DNA of 45,501 nucleotides from assembly GCA_044222475.1 (NCBI GenBank), contig JBGANF010000056.1, positions 1 through 45,501 on the forward strand. Direction: 5' to 3'. Source of the DNA: Polyangiaceae bacterium (GTDB lineage: Bacteria > Myxococcota_A > Polyangia > Polyangiales > Polyangiaceae). Both the position numbers and the translations under genes were made by a program. Below the pieces are notes generated by a model. It had not been told where the DNA came from and made no database searches. It was given only the letters and a program-made list of their open reading frames with translations. This document shows, one piece after another, positions 16,202 to 25,577 of this stretch (its first letter is position 1; every line of letters begins with the position of its first letter).

Positions 16202-17488
16202 ATGAACGTCGCGGAACGCCTACCCGTCCTCACCACCGAGCCCGCCGCGGAGTGGGTCGCGATCGAGGCGCTCCGTCCGTGGAAGGACAACCCGCGGAAG
16301 AACGACGGTGAGCCGGTTCGCAAGGTCGCCGAGAGCATCCAGCGGTTCGGTTTCGGCGCGCCGCTCCTCGCCCGTCGCGAGAACGGCGAGATCATCGCCG
16401 GCCACACGCGGTGGAAGGCGGCGAAGAAGCTTGGTCTCGACCGCGTGCCGGTCCGGTATCTCGATCTCGATCCCGCCGACGCGCACCTCCTCGCGGTCGC
16501 CGACAACCGCGTCGCCGCCGAGGCGACGTGGGACGACGCGATGCTCGCCGCGGTCCTCGCCGACCTGAAGGCACAGGGCCACGAGCTCGCCGCCACTGGC
16601 TTCGACTCCGCCGAGCTCGACAAGCTCCTCGCGGATGCAACGGGCGGTCCTGCCGCCGACGCGCCCGACGCCGAGATCAGCCGCGCCGACGAGCTCCGCG
16701 AGAAGTGGGGCACGGAGCCGGGCCAACGTTGGCTCACGCCGAGCCGGTCGGTCCCGGGCGGGCACCACGTGCTCCTGTGCGGGGACAGCGCGGCTGAAGC
16801 CGACGTCGCGCGCGTCATGGGGCAAGAGCGGGCCCACGCGATGTGGACCGATCCGCCCTACGGGGTCGCCTACGTCGGCAAGAACAAGGCGGCGCTCACG
16901 ATCGCCAACGACGACCTGAAGGGCGATGCCCTGCGGGAGTTCCTCATCCGGTGCTTCTCCGCCGCGGGGCGCCTCGCCCTCGGGGAGGGCGCCGCGGTGT
17001 ACATCGCCCATCCGGCGGGCTCTCTCTCTCTCGAGTTCCTCCTCGCGTTCCGCGAGGTCGGCTGGCGGCTTCACCAGACGCTCGTGTGGAAGAAGGACTC
17101 CTTCGTCCTCGGCCACGCCGACTACCACTACGCGCACGAGCCGATCCTCTTCGGGTATGTGCCCGGGGGCGGCCGCCGCGGGCGCGGAGGCGCGGGCTGG
17201 TACGGCGACAACGCGCAGGCGAGCGTGTTCGAAGTGCCGAAGCCGCGGTCGAACGAAGAGCACCCGACGATGAAGCCGGTGGAGCTCGTCGCGGCGATGC
17301 TCAGGAACAGCGTGCCGGTCGGCGGCATCGTCTACGAGCCCTTCAGCGGCTCCGGCACCACGCTCGTCGCCGCCGAAGGTGCGGGCCGCGTGGGTCGCGG
17401 CATCGAGCTCGATCCGAAGTACGTGGCCGTCGCGCTCGAGCGCCTCAGCGCGATGGGCCTTCAGCCCGAGCTCGACCCGGACGCCTGA
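16202..17488 (+). CDS. ParB-like N-terminal domain fused to N4/N6 DNA methyltransferase
   Basis: 'NPRKN...ESIQRFGF...IIAGHTRWKAA...ADNR'; 'WTDPPYG', 'HPTMKPVELV', 'YEPFSGSGTT', 'GIELDPKY'. Confidence 0.92.
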   Translation: MNVAERLPVLTTEPAAEWVAIEALRPWKDNPRKNDGEPVRKVAESIQRFGFGAPLLARRENGEIIAGHTRWKAAKKLGLDRVPVRYLDLDPADAHLLAVADNRVAAEATWDDAMLAAVLADLKAQGHELAATGFDSAELDKLLADATGGPAADAPDAEISRADELREKWGTEPGQRWLTPSRSVPGGHHVLLCGDSAAEADVARVMGQERAHAMWTDPPYGVAYVGKNKAALTIANDDLKGDALREFLIRCFSAAGRLALGEGAAVYIAHPAGSLSLEFLLAFREVGWRLHQTLVWKKDSFVLGHADYHYAHEPILFGYVPGGGRRGRGGAGWYGDNAQASVFEVPKPRSNEEHPTMKPVELVAAMLRNSVPVGGIVYEPFSGSGTTLVAAEGAGRVGRGIELDPKYVAVALERLSAMGLQPELDPDA

Positions 17489-17926
17489 TCACCGGTTCGC
17501 GAGCGCGGGTCGCTCGCAGTGCTCGAGGGCCCAGTGCATCCAGCTCGCGAGCCAGAGGAGCCGCGCGAGATCCTCGTCTTGACCGTCGCTCCAGCCGGGG
17601 CGCGCGTCCGGGTGGCTCTTCTTCCAGACCTCGATCGCGCCCTCGACGATCGCGACGTGCTCGAACGTGATCGGCGCGCAGCCCGGGTGCTCACGCATCA
17701 ACCCGCTCTGGGGGTTCATGAAGAGCCGCTGCAACCCAACGCGGCGGCAGAACCGATCCCACGCGACGTAGCTGACCTCGCGTCGGTTCGTTCGGCCGGT
17801 GTGCTCGTCGAGGTCGAACGCAGGCGCGTCCTCGCGCTCGATGGTGCGGACACCGAGGTAGCTCGGGATCTCCGAGTCGCCGGTCTGGATCTCCTCCGCG
17901 TGGCCGATCGTGATCGCAAAGCCCAT
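17489..17926 (-). CDS. Hypothetical phage protein (145 aa)
   Basis: ATG at 17926 with AGGAGG RBS; MGFAITIG...LARLLWLASWMHWALEHCERPALANR; converges on the methylase stop. Confidence 0.7.
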   Translation of the reverse strand: MGFAITIGHAEEIQTGDSEIPSYLGVRTIEREDAPAFDLDEHTGRTNRREVSYVAWDRFCRRVGLQRLFMNPQSGLMREHPGCAPITFEHVAIVEGAIEVWKKSHPDARPGWSDGQDEDLARLLWLASWMHWALEHCERPALANR

Positions 17927-17973
17927 CGCCGCTTCCTCCTGGCCGTCGTCGTGACGATGGCTCTCTGGATCGG

Positions 17974-20223
17974 GTGCCTCAAGCACATAGCGACCGGCAG
18001 CGCCAGCGCATCGCCGACCGTGAGGCGCGAGAGAAGATCCGCGCGATGATGAAGGCGGACCAGTGGCACCGGCAGGCGCAGGATCGCGCCGCACGCGACA
18101 CCCAGAGGGCCGCGGCGGCCGAGACGCGAGCGCGGGAGCGCGCCGCGCGTGAGCAGATCCGCCTCGAGGAGCGCGCCGCGCGCGAGATCGCACGCATCAA
18201 GGAGCGGGCGTCTCGCGACGTCGCTCGCGCGTTCGCGCGTGAGGATGCGGAGCGCAATCGCGCTGCCTCGCGCTGGGTGCGCCAGGAGGAGCGGCGCGCT
18301 TTCATCCAGTCGCGTGACGAGATGCGGAACCGTCGCCGGTTCGCCGGCGCGGTCGGCGGAGGAGCAGCGGCGGCGCTGTCCGCCGGCGCCGGGCGCATCA
18401 CCGGCATGGCGGCGCAGACCGCTGGCATCGTCGGACAGCTCGCCGGAGGGTTCAGCATCGCCGACAGCGTGCAGCGCGCGGTCGGGCTCAAAGGCAAGCT
18501 CGCCGACATCGCGAGCCGCGACGTCGACCCCACCGATCCGGCGAAGTCGAAGCGCAAGTCGACGGGCGCCCTCGAGGATCGCGTACGCGCGGTCTCGACG
18601 GAGTTCGGCATCGAGGCGGACGCCGGCGCCGACGCGCTCGACAAATTCGCCAGCAAGACGGGCGAGCTCCAGAAGGGCCTCGATCTCCTGCGCGGTCTCG
18701 GCGAGCTGTCGCGCGCGGGCGCGGGCAACCTCGACGATCTCGCCGACGCCGCCGGCGACATCTTCAACGCGGACAAGACGCAGAGCGCCGAGCAGGTGCT
18801 CAAGCAGCTCCGCGAGTTCGCCGTCCAGGGTCAGAAGGGCGCGGTCGAGATGAAGGATCTCGCCAGCCAGATGGCGCGGATCACGGCCGCCGCCGGCCGC
18901 TTCGAGGGCGGCGCCGCTAAGAACCTCACGACGATGGGCGCGCTCACGCAGCTCGCACGCGCCTCGGGCGGCGCCTCGAGCTCGTCGGAGGCGACGACGG
19001 CGATCGCGAGCCTCTCGAACCAATTCTTCAAGAACGCACGCCTGAGCGCGTTCCAGAACCTCGGCGTCGAGGTGAAGACGAAGGAGGGCTACAACCGCTC
19101 CGTCGACGACATCCTCATCGAGACGATGCTCGCCGCGGAGAAGAAGTCCCGCTCGGGCGGCCACGGCCTCCAGAACTTCGACAAGATCATGGGCACCGCC
19201 ATCGCGGACGCCCAGGCACGCAAAGCGACGTCTCCGCTCGAGCGCGCGTTCAAGGACGCCGGCGGAGGCCAGGCGGGCGTCGCCGCCGCGCGTGGCCTCC
19301 TCGCGCAGTTCAGCCCGGACGCCAGCCGTGACCTGAAGTCGGAGTTCGCGGGCAAGGCCCGCGACCGCATGCAGGAGGACGACGTCAAGATCGCCAAGAT
19401 CAAGGAGGACTTCGACCGCGCCGTCAGCCAGCGGATCCTCCCGGCGCTCATGAAGTTGGTGCCCGAGTTCGAGAAGCTCGTGCCGCAGTTCATCGATCTG
19501 AACGCGAAGGCGCTGCCGGTCTTCGTCGATCTGATCAAGACCATCGCGGACTTCGCCGACAAGAACAAGGAGCTCATCGCCGATCTCGCCGCGCACCCGT
19601 TCGGTACCATCCTCGCTGCCGAGATCACGAAGCAGGTCGCCAGCGCGGGGCTCGGCGAGCTCTTCAAGGTCGTCCTCAGCAAGGCGATGGGCGACGCCGG
19701 CTTCGGCCCGATCCTCCAGCGCGTGCTCTCCTCACAGCTCGGTCAGGCGGGCCTCGTCGTCGGCGCCGCCGCCATCGCGATCCAGCAGGGCATGATCGCG
19801 ATCGACAACGAGTACAAGAAGGAGAACGACCTCCGCGACGCCTCCCGCAACGATCAGATCGACGCGGCGCAGCTCACAGCCCGCATCCGGCGAGGGACGG
19901 CGACAGACGAGGAGCGGGCGCAGGCTGCGCAGCTCGTCACGAAGCTCAAGACGGATGCCGCGGCGACGCAGAGCGCGCACGACAACCCGGGCTTCTGGAA
20001 GAAGCTCGGAGGCGGCCTCGCCTCCTTCACCGAGGAGGGCCGCCAAGCGACGCTCGACGAGGAGGGGAACCACCAGCAGGCGATGAGCGATCTGACGAAG
20101 ACGCTCCGGGATCTCGAGCAGGCGATCCAGGCGAACACCGGCGCCACGAAGGCCAACAGTACGAGTCCGGCGAGCGGGCCGAACGGCGCGGCGCGAGCGA
20201 ACAGCATCGTCGCGCGAAACTGA
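17974..20223 (+). CDS. Tail tape measure protein, probably 5'-truncated
   Basis: Long Ala/Gly-rich helical protein with 'GQKGAVEMKDLA' TMP-like motif, directly upstream of baseplate genes. It begins abruptly in a coiled coil without an RBS. Confidence 0.75.
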   Translation: MPQAHSDRQRQRIADREAREKIRAMMKADQWHRQAQDRAARDTQRAAAAETRARERAAREQIRLEERAAREIARIKERASRDVARAFAREDAERNRAASRWVRQEERRAFIQSRDEMRNRRRFAGAVGGGAAAALSAGAGRITGMAAQTAGIVGQLAGGFSIADSVQRAVGLKGKLADIASRDVDPTDPAKSKRKSTGALEDRVRAVSTEFGIEADAGADALDKFASKTGELQKGLDLLRGLGELSRAGAGNLDDLADAAGDIFNADKTQSAEQVLKQLREFAVQGQKGAVEMKDLASQMARITAAAGRFEGGAAKNLTTMGALTQLARASGGASSSSEATTAIASLSNQFFKNARLSAFQNLGVEVKTKEGYNRSVDDILIETMLAAEKKSRSGGHGLQNFDKIMGTAIADAQARKATSPLERAFKDAGGGQAGVAAARGLLAQFSPDASRDLKSEFAGKARDRMQEDDVKIAKIKEDFDRAVSQRILPALMKLVPEFEKLVPQFIDLNAKALPVFVDLIKTIADFADKNKELIADLAAHPFGTILAAEITKQVASAGLGELFKVVLSKAMGDAGFGPILQRVLSSQLGQAGLVVGAAAIAIQQGMIAIDNEYKKENDLRDASRNDQIDAAQLTARIRRGTATDEERAQAAQLVTKLKTDAAATQSAHDNPGFWKKLGGGLASFTEEGRQATLDEEGNHQQAMSDLTKTLRDLEQAIQANTGATKANSTSPASGPNGAARANSIVARN

Positions 20224-20235
20224 CAGGCGTGGCGC

Positions 20236-21162
20236 ATGGTCGACGAGTTCGAGCAGCTCCTGCCGTTCAAGTGGCGGGACGTGGAGCTCCCCGTCACGCA
20301 CGTGAAGCTCTCGCTCGCCCATGACCTGGTCGAGCACAAGTACTGGGGTGTCGACTCCGGGCGTGTCGAGGCCACCGGCGTCGCTCCGATCCGGATCAGC
20401 GCCCAGATCCCGCTCTCGAACCGGATCGTCCCCGGCAAGAACGAGCGGTGGGCCGCCGGCGCGCTCTACCCCGACGCGCTCCGCAACCTCCTCATCGCGT
20501 TCGCGAAGCGGCAGACCGGGCTCCTCCAGCACCCGGAGTTCGGCGAGATCGCCTGCAAGGCGGAGCGCATCGACGTCGACATCTCGGGCGACCGCCGCAG
20601 CACGGCGATGGTCGACGCCTCGTGGGTGGAGACGCTCGATGACGAGGTCATCTCGAACATCGTCGCGTCGCCCGTCACGGAGATCGAGCTCGCCGCGGGC
20701 GATCTCGACGCGAGCGACACCGACCTACGGAAGCTCGTCCCCGAGCTGCCCAAGTACGAGACCACGTTCGACGACTTCGCTCGCGGCATCGCCGCCATCG
20801 GCGATCAGGTCTCGCTGCTCTCGTACCGGACGGCCGGGAAGATCAACAGCATCGTCTACCGCGTCGAGCAGGTCAGCGAGAGCGTCGATCGCGCTCGAAG
20901 CGCGCTCACGTGGCCGGCGAAGCAGAGCATCGAGCGGATCAAGACCGCCGCGCATGATCTTCGCGGTCGGCTCCTCGCCCTGAGCCGCGACATCGGGCTC
21001 TATCGCGTCCTCGCCGACAGCACGCTCGCCGGCATCCAGGCGGTGCTTCCCGACGGGCACTCAATCGGCGATCTCGTGAAGCTCAACCCGCAGCTCATGA
21101 CCGATCCCGTCATCAAGGTCGGCACGCTCGTGCGCCACTACGTCTCCCGAGTTTCGATCTGA
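20236..21162 (+). CDS. Mu-like DNA-circularization N-terminal domain protein (tail initiator) with LysM-like C-terminus
   Basis: 'LLPFKWRDVELPV...HDLVEHKYWG...VEATG...GLLQHPEFG'; C-terminal 'LVKLNPQL..DPVIKVGT'. Confidence 0.75.
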   Translation: MVDEFEQLLPFKWRDVELPVTHVKLSLAHDLVEHKYWGVDSGRVEATGVAPIRISAQIPLSNRIVPGKNERWAAGALYPDALRNLLIAFAKRQTGLLQHPEFGEIACKAERIDVDISGDRRSTAMVDASWVETLDDEVISNIVASPVTEIELAAGDLDASDTDLRKLVPELPKYETTFDDFARGIAAIGDQVSLLSYRTAGKINSIVYRVEQVSESVDRARSALTWPAKQSIERIKTAAHDLRGRLLALSRDIGLYRVLADSTLAGIQAVLPDGHSIGDLVKLNPQLMTDPVIKVGTLVRHYVSRVSI

Positions 21163-21221
21163 AGACCTCAAGGCGCTCGCCCCATCGGCGACCTCCCCCG
21201 CGCGGAAGGCGCGCGCATCCG

Positions 21222-22007
21222 TCAGGCGTTGATGGTCATCGAGATGCCATCGCCGCTGGCCGCGCCTGGCCAGGAGAACGCGAGTTCGAACGTCGCTCCA
21301 CTCCGCGGGTCCTTCCAGCGCAGGTGCGAGGGGCGAAGGATGCTCTGCTTCCCAAGATCTCCCTCATCGTATTGGCGCCGACCGTCCATCGAGAGATAGA
21401 AGCGGTGGCCGAACAAGCTGAGACGGCACCCTGTTCGCTGGCGCTCCTTATTATGGGCGGTCTCGAAGACGATCTCGTCGCCTGCGCCCCCCGCCTCGTC
21501 ACCGACGGCGACGTTGATGTGCAGGCCGCACCCGTGCACGAGGTCGTTGAAGCAGAAGACGATGCGCGCCCATGGTTCCGGCACCTCGTCGCGGTCGAGG
21601 CAGACATACGCGCAGAGCATCTTCAGCAGCCAGCGCTCGACGTCGAAGCCGTTCAGGAACACGCGACCGCCACCGTTTGCTGCTCTCTCGTGCGCATGGC
21701 GGAGCGCCTCAACGAACTTCCCGCCGGCGACGTCGACGGGGGACAGGTAGTTGTTGTGACGCTCGCACAAGATCTTCGCAGTGAGCGCGTCGCTATTCAG
21801 TTCCCTTGTGCCCTCGCCCCACCAGCGAGGACGCTGGACGCGGAACTTCCCGCCGAGTGCCTCCAGCACGTTCCTGCTGATGTAGTGCTCCGCCGAAAGG
21901 ACAGGGCTGCAGTCGTTCATCGCGCGGGCGTAGCACCTCGGCAGCTGCAGCCCCGTGCGGGGCGGCTTCGGCCGGGTGCATGCGTAGGGAACGACGGGCT
22001 CGAGCAT
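21222..22007 (-). CDS. HNH-like nuclease domain protein (accessory, inverted)
   Basis: ATG at 22007 with GAGGA RBS; 'CYARAMNDC...SAEHYIS...ILCERHNNYLS..D' treble-clef/HNH-like pattern; 'ERWLLKM'. Confidence 0.6.
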   Translation of the reverse strand: MLEPVVPYACTRPKPPRTGLQLPRCYARAMNDCSPVLSAEHYISRNVLEALGGKFRVQRPRWWGEGTRELNSDALTAKILCERHNNYLSPVDVAGGKFVEALRHAHERAANGGGRVFLNGFDVERWLLKMLCAYVCLDRDEVPEPWARIVFCFNDLVHGCGLHINVAVGDEAGGAGDEIVFETAHNKERQRTGCRLSLFGHRFYLSMDGRRQYDEGDLGKQSILRPSHLRWKDPRSGATFELAFSWPGAASGDGISMTINA

Positions 22008-22041
22008 GGCGGTCCTCGTCCATAACGGCCGGGTCACCGCG

Positions 22042-22737
22042 CTACTTCGTCCTCTCGTTGCGGCGCTTCTCGACCCACCAGGCTCCGACGTGCTGCATGT
22101 GGAAGCACACGTCGCATGCCTGCTGCTGCGAGTTGATCGCATGCCACGGACCGCGGCTCTCCGTGACGACGGCCATTTCGAAGCGCTCTCCGCAGTTCAT
22201 GCAGAGGCATCCTTGGGGCAGGTCCCAGTCGACCGGACCATCGAACGTGACCTCATAGGGCGCTTCGCACACGCACTTGCCAGCGCGATCGTCGTGTCCG
22301 CACCAGATCCAGCGCTCGCAATTCGCGCAGGGCACGGAGAACGACGTGTCACGGCCCGTCTTGAAGACACTGATCCGTTGAACGCCGCCGTACTCCTCCG
22401 TCGCGCCGCGCTGGATGAGCGCGTCGTGCTCGGCCTTCGAGATCAGCTTCTGGACTGACGCGCTGCGGGCGAACCACGCCGGGTTGAGCTCGCGATGTCG
22501 AAGTTGCTCGCGCAGAACCGCGAGGTTCGAGCCGGCGACGGCATTTGGCACACGACCCACCAGGATGCTGGAGATGTGGACGGCGCGCAGCTCGGAGATG
22601 AGGTCGCCGATTGGGTCCGTCGCAGGCGGCGAGACGATCGGCACGACGACCTGGGCGCGCACGTGCCGGCTCGCGGTCGCCCAGCTCTCGCCGGTTTTCG
22701 CAATACGTGCCTCAACGAGCTTCTTGAAATTAGACAT
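22042..22737 (-). CDS. Hypothetical protein with basic N-terminal motif and C-terminal CxxC zinc-binding region
   Basis: MSNFKKLVEARIAKTGESWATASRHV; CANC, CVC, CLCMNC, CDVC; GGAG RBS. Confidence 0.65.
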   Translation of the reverse strand: MSNFKKLVEARIAKTGESWATASRHVRAQVVVPIVSPPATDPIGDLISELRAVHISSILVGRVPNAVAGSNLAVLREQLRHRELNPAWFARSASVQKLISKAEHDALIQRGATEEYGGVQRISVFKTGRDTSFSVPCANCERWIWCGHDDRAGKCVCEAPYEVTFDGPVDWDLPQGCLCMNCGERFEMAVVTESRGPWHAINSQQQACDVCFHMQHVGAWWVEKRRNERTK

Positions 22738-22895
22738 GACATTCTCCGCGCACAGATCGCCCTCGCCCAACCCGAAACGATCCGCACACCAGAGAATCCT
22801 CGCTAGCTCCGAGACATCTCCCTTTATCCCGCGCGAGGCCCGAGGTTGGGTCGGGGGATGCGAGATCCGGCCCGAGCTGCGGGACCTATTCCGTC

Positions 22896-22924
22896 AGGGT
22901 GAGTCGACACTGCTCGTCCGTCAA
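22896..22924 (-). promoter_or_regulatory. Sigma70-like promoter for the inverted cassette
   Basis: On the minus strand: TTGACG (22924-22919), 17-nt spacer, CACCCT (22901-22896). Confidence 0.45.
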
Positions 22925-22977
22925 GGCGTGGGAAAACGATTTCCTCACGCCTCCCGGGCTGTGGCGGGGTCATAGGC

Positions 22978-24345
22978 GTGCCGCAGCCCTACTCGCCCGC
23001 GTCGCCTGACAAGCAGCAAGTCCGGCTGCGCGTCATGGACGAGCACGTCGACCTCACTCGATGGACCCGCTACTCGTTCGCATCGAGCTTCCTCACGCCG
23101 ACCGACGGCTGGAGCTGCACGATCGGCGACGGCAACCTCGCCGAGAAAGAGCGACGGGCCCTGGTGCCCGGCGCGCGCGTTCGGCTGTACGTCGACCAGA
23201 ACCCGCTCGCCGAGGGCTTCATCGACTCGGTCAGCGTCGACGCTGATCGAAGCGGCGGCGTGCAGTACACGATCGAGGGCCGCGACCGGCTCGGCCTCGC
23301 TGTCGACTCCATCGCCGACCCCACGCTGCAGTTCAAGAAGGGCGCGACGCTCGCCGACGTCCTCAAGGAGCTCTTCACGCCGTTCGGCTGGGTGGCGGAC
23401 GAACACTTCGCGATCGCCAACGACGCGAACCGGGACGCGAAGACCGGCGGCATCCGCGGCGTCCCGATGACGAAGGGCGGCAAGAAGAAGGGCCCGCGTC
23501 CGCTCCAGGATTTCGTCCTCCACCAGCTCAAGCCGCACAACCACGAGGGGGTGTTCGCGTTCGCGTCGCGCATCACGCAGCGCTTTGGCCTCTGGATCTG
23601 GTGCTCCGCCGACGGTGACAAGCTGATCGTCGGCCGCCCCGACTTCCAGCAGGAGCCACGATACATCCTCCGCCGCACCCGCGGTGGCGACACGAACGTG
23701 CTCGCCGGCGAGGTGAAGTTCGACATGACCGACCAGCCGAGCGTCCTCATCGCGGACGGCTTCTCCGGCGGCGGGGAGTTCGGCAAGGGCCGCATCAAGG
23801 CGCTCTGCGTGAACCCGTACTTCGGCGTGGACGAGGACGGCTTCGTCCTCGACGACGTGACGCGCCTCATCCAGAAGTTCCCAGACGCCGAGCAGGTGGT
23901 CATGACGATCCCGACGCCGTATCGGAGGCGCCGCGTCAACGCGCCGATCCGGCCGATGTTCCTGCACGACGACGAGAGCAAGACGCAGGAGCAGCTGAAC
24001 AACTTCGTGCGCCGGGAGATGAGCCTCTTGCTCCGCAAGAGCATGACGGCGCACTACACCGTCGAAGGACACGGGCAGCTCGTCGGCGGTGCGTTCACGC
24101 CGTGGGACGTCGACACTGTCGTCGAGGTCCACGACGAGGTCGCCGAGGTCCACGAGCGGATGTTCGTGCTCGCCCGGTCGTTCGAGAAGTCGCGGCAGGC
24201 CGGCACGCACACGCGGCTCGAGCTCGTGCGCCTCAACAGCATTCAGCTCGGCGACAGCCTGCTCGCAGGAGGGGATCCGACCCAGCCGACGCCCTCTGAT
24301 CGCGTCGACGAGGACGATCGGCCGCTCAAGTTCGTGAAGCCGTGA
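22978..24345 (+). CDS. Baseplate hub protein (Mu gp44-like)
   Basis: 'WTRYSFASSFLTPTDGWS', 'YTIEGRD...AVDS', 'EGVFAFASR...GLWIW', 'YTVEGH...PW'; position between initiator and spike. Confidence 0.8.
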   Translation: MPQPYSPASPDKQQVRLRVMDEHVDLTRWTRYSFASSFLTPTDGWSCTIGDGNLAEKERRALVPGARVRLYVDQNPLAEGFIDSVSVDADRSGGVQYTIEGRDRLGLAVDSIADPTLQFKKGATLADVLKELFTPFGWVADEHFAIANDANRDAKTGGIRGVPMTKGGKKKGPRPLQDFVLHQLKPHNHEGVFAFASRITQRFGLWIWCSADGDKLIVGRPDFQQEPRYILRRTRGGDTNVLAGEVKFDMTDQPSVLIADGFSGGGEFGKGRIKALCVNPYFGVDEDGFVLDDVTRLIQKFPDAEQVVMTIPTPYRRRRVNAPIRPMFLHDDESKTQEQLNNFVRREMSLLLRKSMTAHYTVEGHGQLVGGAFTPWDVDTVVEVHDEVAEVHERMFVLARSFEKSRQAGTHTRLELVRLNSIQLGDSLLAGGDPTQPTPSDRVDEDDRPLKFVKP

Positions 24346-24354
24346 GGAGCGCGC

Positions 24355-24570
24355 ATGCCCGCCATGCGTAGGCCGCACATCGCCACGGAGCGCTTCCTGC
24401 AGCCCATCTTCGATGAGGAGACGGGCGCCGTCCGGACGACGCGCATGATCGAGCCCGGCGACCGCACGGAGCTGACGGACGCGGAGGTCGTCGCGCTCGG
24501 CGGGAAGGCCCGTGCCGCGCCCGCTGTTGAGCCGCCGGCACCAGGAGGCCCGCCCGATGTCCGCCCCTGA
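24355..24570 (+). CDS. Small hypothetical protein
   Basis: GAGGAG RBS, 71 aa, fills the gap between hub and spike. Confidence 0.5.
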   Translation: MPAMRRPHIATERFLQPIFDEETGAVRTTRMIEPGDRTELTDAEVVALGGKARAAPAVEPPAPGGPPDVRP

Positions 24571-25246
24571 CCTGCGTGGGCTCATCCAGGTCGGGTTCGA
24601 CATCCTCACAACCGCGGTCGACAAGGCCACGAAGAAGATCACCGCGCAGCTCGGGAACGTCGTCGGGAAGACGACGGACACCGACAACGCGGAGTGGTGG
24701 CAGCACGTCGGGCTCGCGACACGTCCGCCGAAGCCGACCGCCGGCAAGGAGGCGGCGCAAGCCGTCGTACTTCGCATGGGCGATCACGACGTCGTGATCG
24801 CGTCGCAGGACATGCGAGGGCTCGCGCTCTACGGCGCGCTCGATCATGGCGAGACCTGCCTCTACGCGGCGGGCGACGACGGCAACGGGCAAGCGCGCGT
24901 CCTCCTCAAGAAGGACGGCTCTGTCTCCCTGTTCACCAAGCAGGGCAACACGGCGGGGGGCACCGGCATGCTCATCCAGCTCGACGCAGCGGGGAACGCC
25001 ATACGGCTCCTCAACGCGAGCGGTCACGGCATCGTCATCGACGAGGACGGCGTGAAGGTCACCGCAGGGGACTCGGCGCTGAAGCTCGCGGCGAGCGGGG
25101 ACGCGAGCCTCATCGGAAAAGGCAACACGCAGGTGGACGGCTCCGGCGTCGTCATTGGATCGATGGCGGTGCCCGGCGTGAACAGCGCGCTCACGGGTGT
25201 CACGGGCGTGGCCGGCAAGGCGTCGCTCAAGGTGCTGATCGAGTAG
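24557..25246 (+). CDS. Baseplate spike protein (Mu gp45-like)
   Basis: 'WWQHVGLATRPP', 'VVIASQDMR', 'LDHGETCLYA', then beta-strand repeats; ATG at 24557 follows AGGAGG. Confidence 0.75.
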   Translation: MSAPDLRGLIQVGFDILTTAVDKATKKITAQLGNVVGKTTDTDNAEWWQHVGLATRPPKPTAGKEAAQAVVLRMGDHDVVIASQDMRGLALYGALDHGETCLYAAGDDGNGQARVLLKKDGSVSLFTKQGNTAGGTGMLIQLDAAGNAIRLLNASGHGIVIDEDGVKVTAGDSALKLAASGDASLIGKGNTQVDGSGVVIGSMAVPGVNSALTGVTGVAGKASLKVLIE

Positions 25247-25249
25247 CGC

Positions 25250-25573
25250 GTGTGCGACTTCCCCTCGCTCAAGCTGCCTGGGCTCCCGACGCTCTCGCTC
25301 CCGAGCCTTCCCTCGCTCGCGTTCGACATCAACGTCCCGATCCCCGATCTGCTCGGCTTCGGTCTTCCGAGCGTGAAGCTCCCCGGTCTGCCTTCGCTCA
25401 CGCTCCCCTCGCTGCCGTCGCTCTCCTTCGACGTGACCATTCCGGTCCCCGATCTGCTCGGCTTCGGCCTGCCGCCGATGAAGCTCCCGGGGCTGCCGAC
25501 GCTCACGCTCCCGTCGCTCCCGTCGATCTCGTTCGACCTGCCCGTCCCAGCGCCGCCGTGCCCGCTCGATTGA
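25250..25573 (+). CDS. Pro/Leu-rich protein made of three 35-aa repeats, with terminal Cys residues
   Basis: KLPGLP units start at 25271, 25376 and 25481 (105-bp period); begins MC and ends CPLD. Confidence 0.65.
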   Translation: MCDFPSLKLPGLPTLSLPSLPSLAFDINVPIPDLLGFGLPSVKLPGLPSLTLPSLPSLSFDVTIPVPDLLGFGLPPMKLPGLPTLTLPSLPSISFDLPVPAPPCPLD

Positions 25574-25577
25574 CGCG

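Noticed and set aside
16202..17488. ParB domain as a partition system, or methylase as part of a restriction-modification system
   Set aside because: No ParA and no cognate endonuclease adjacent; ParB-methylase fusions are ordinary orphan phage genes.
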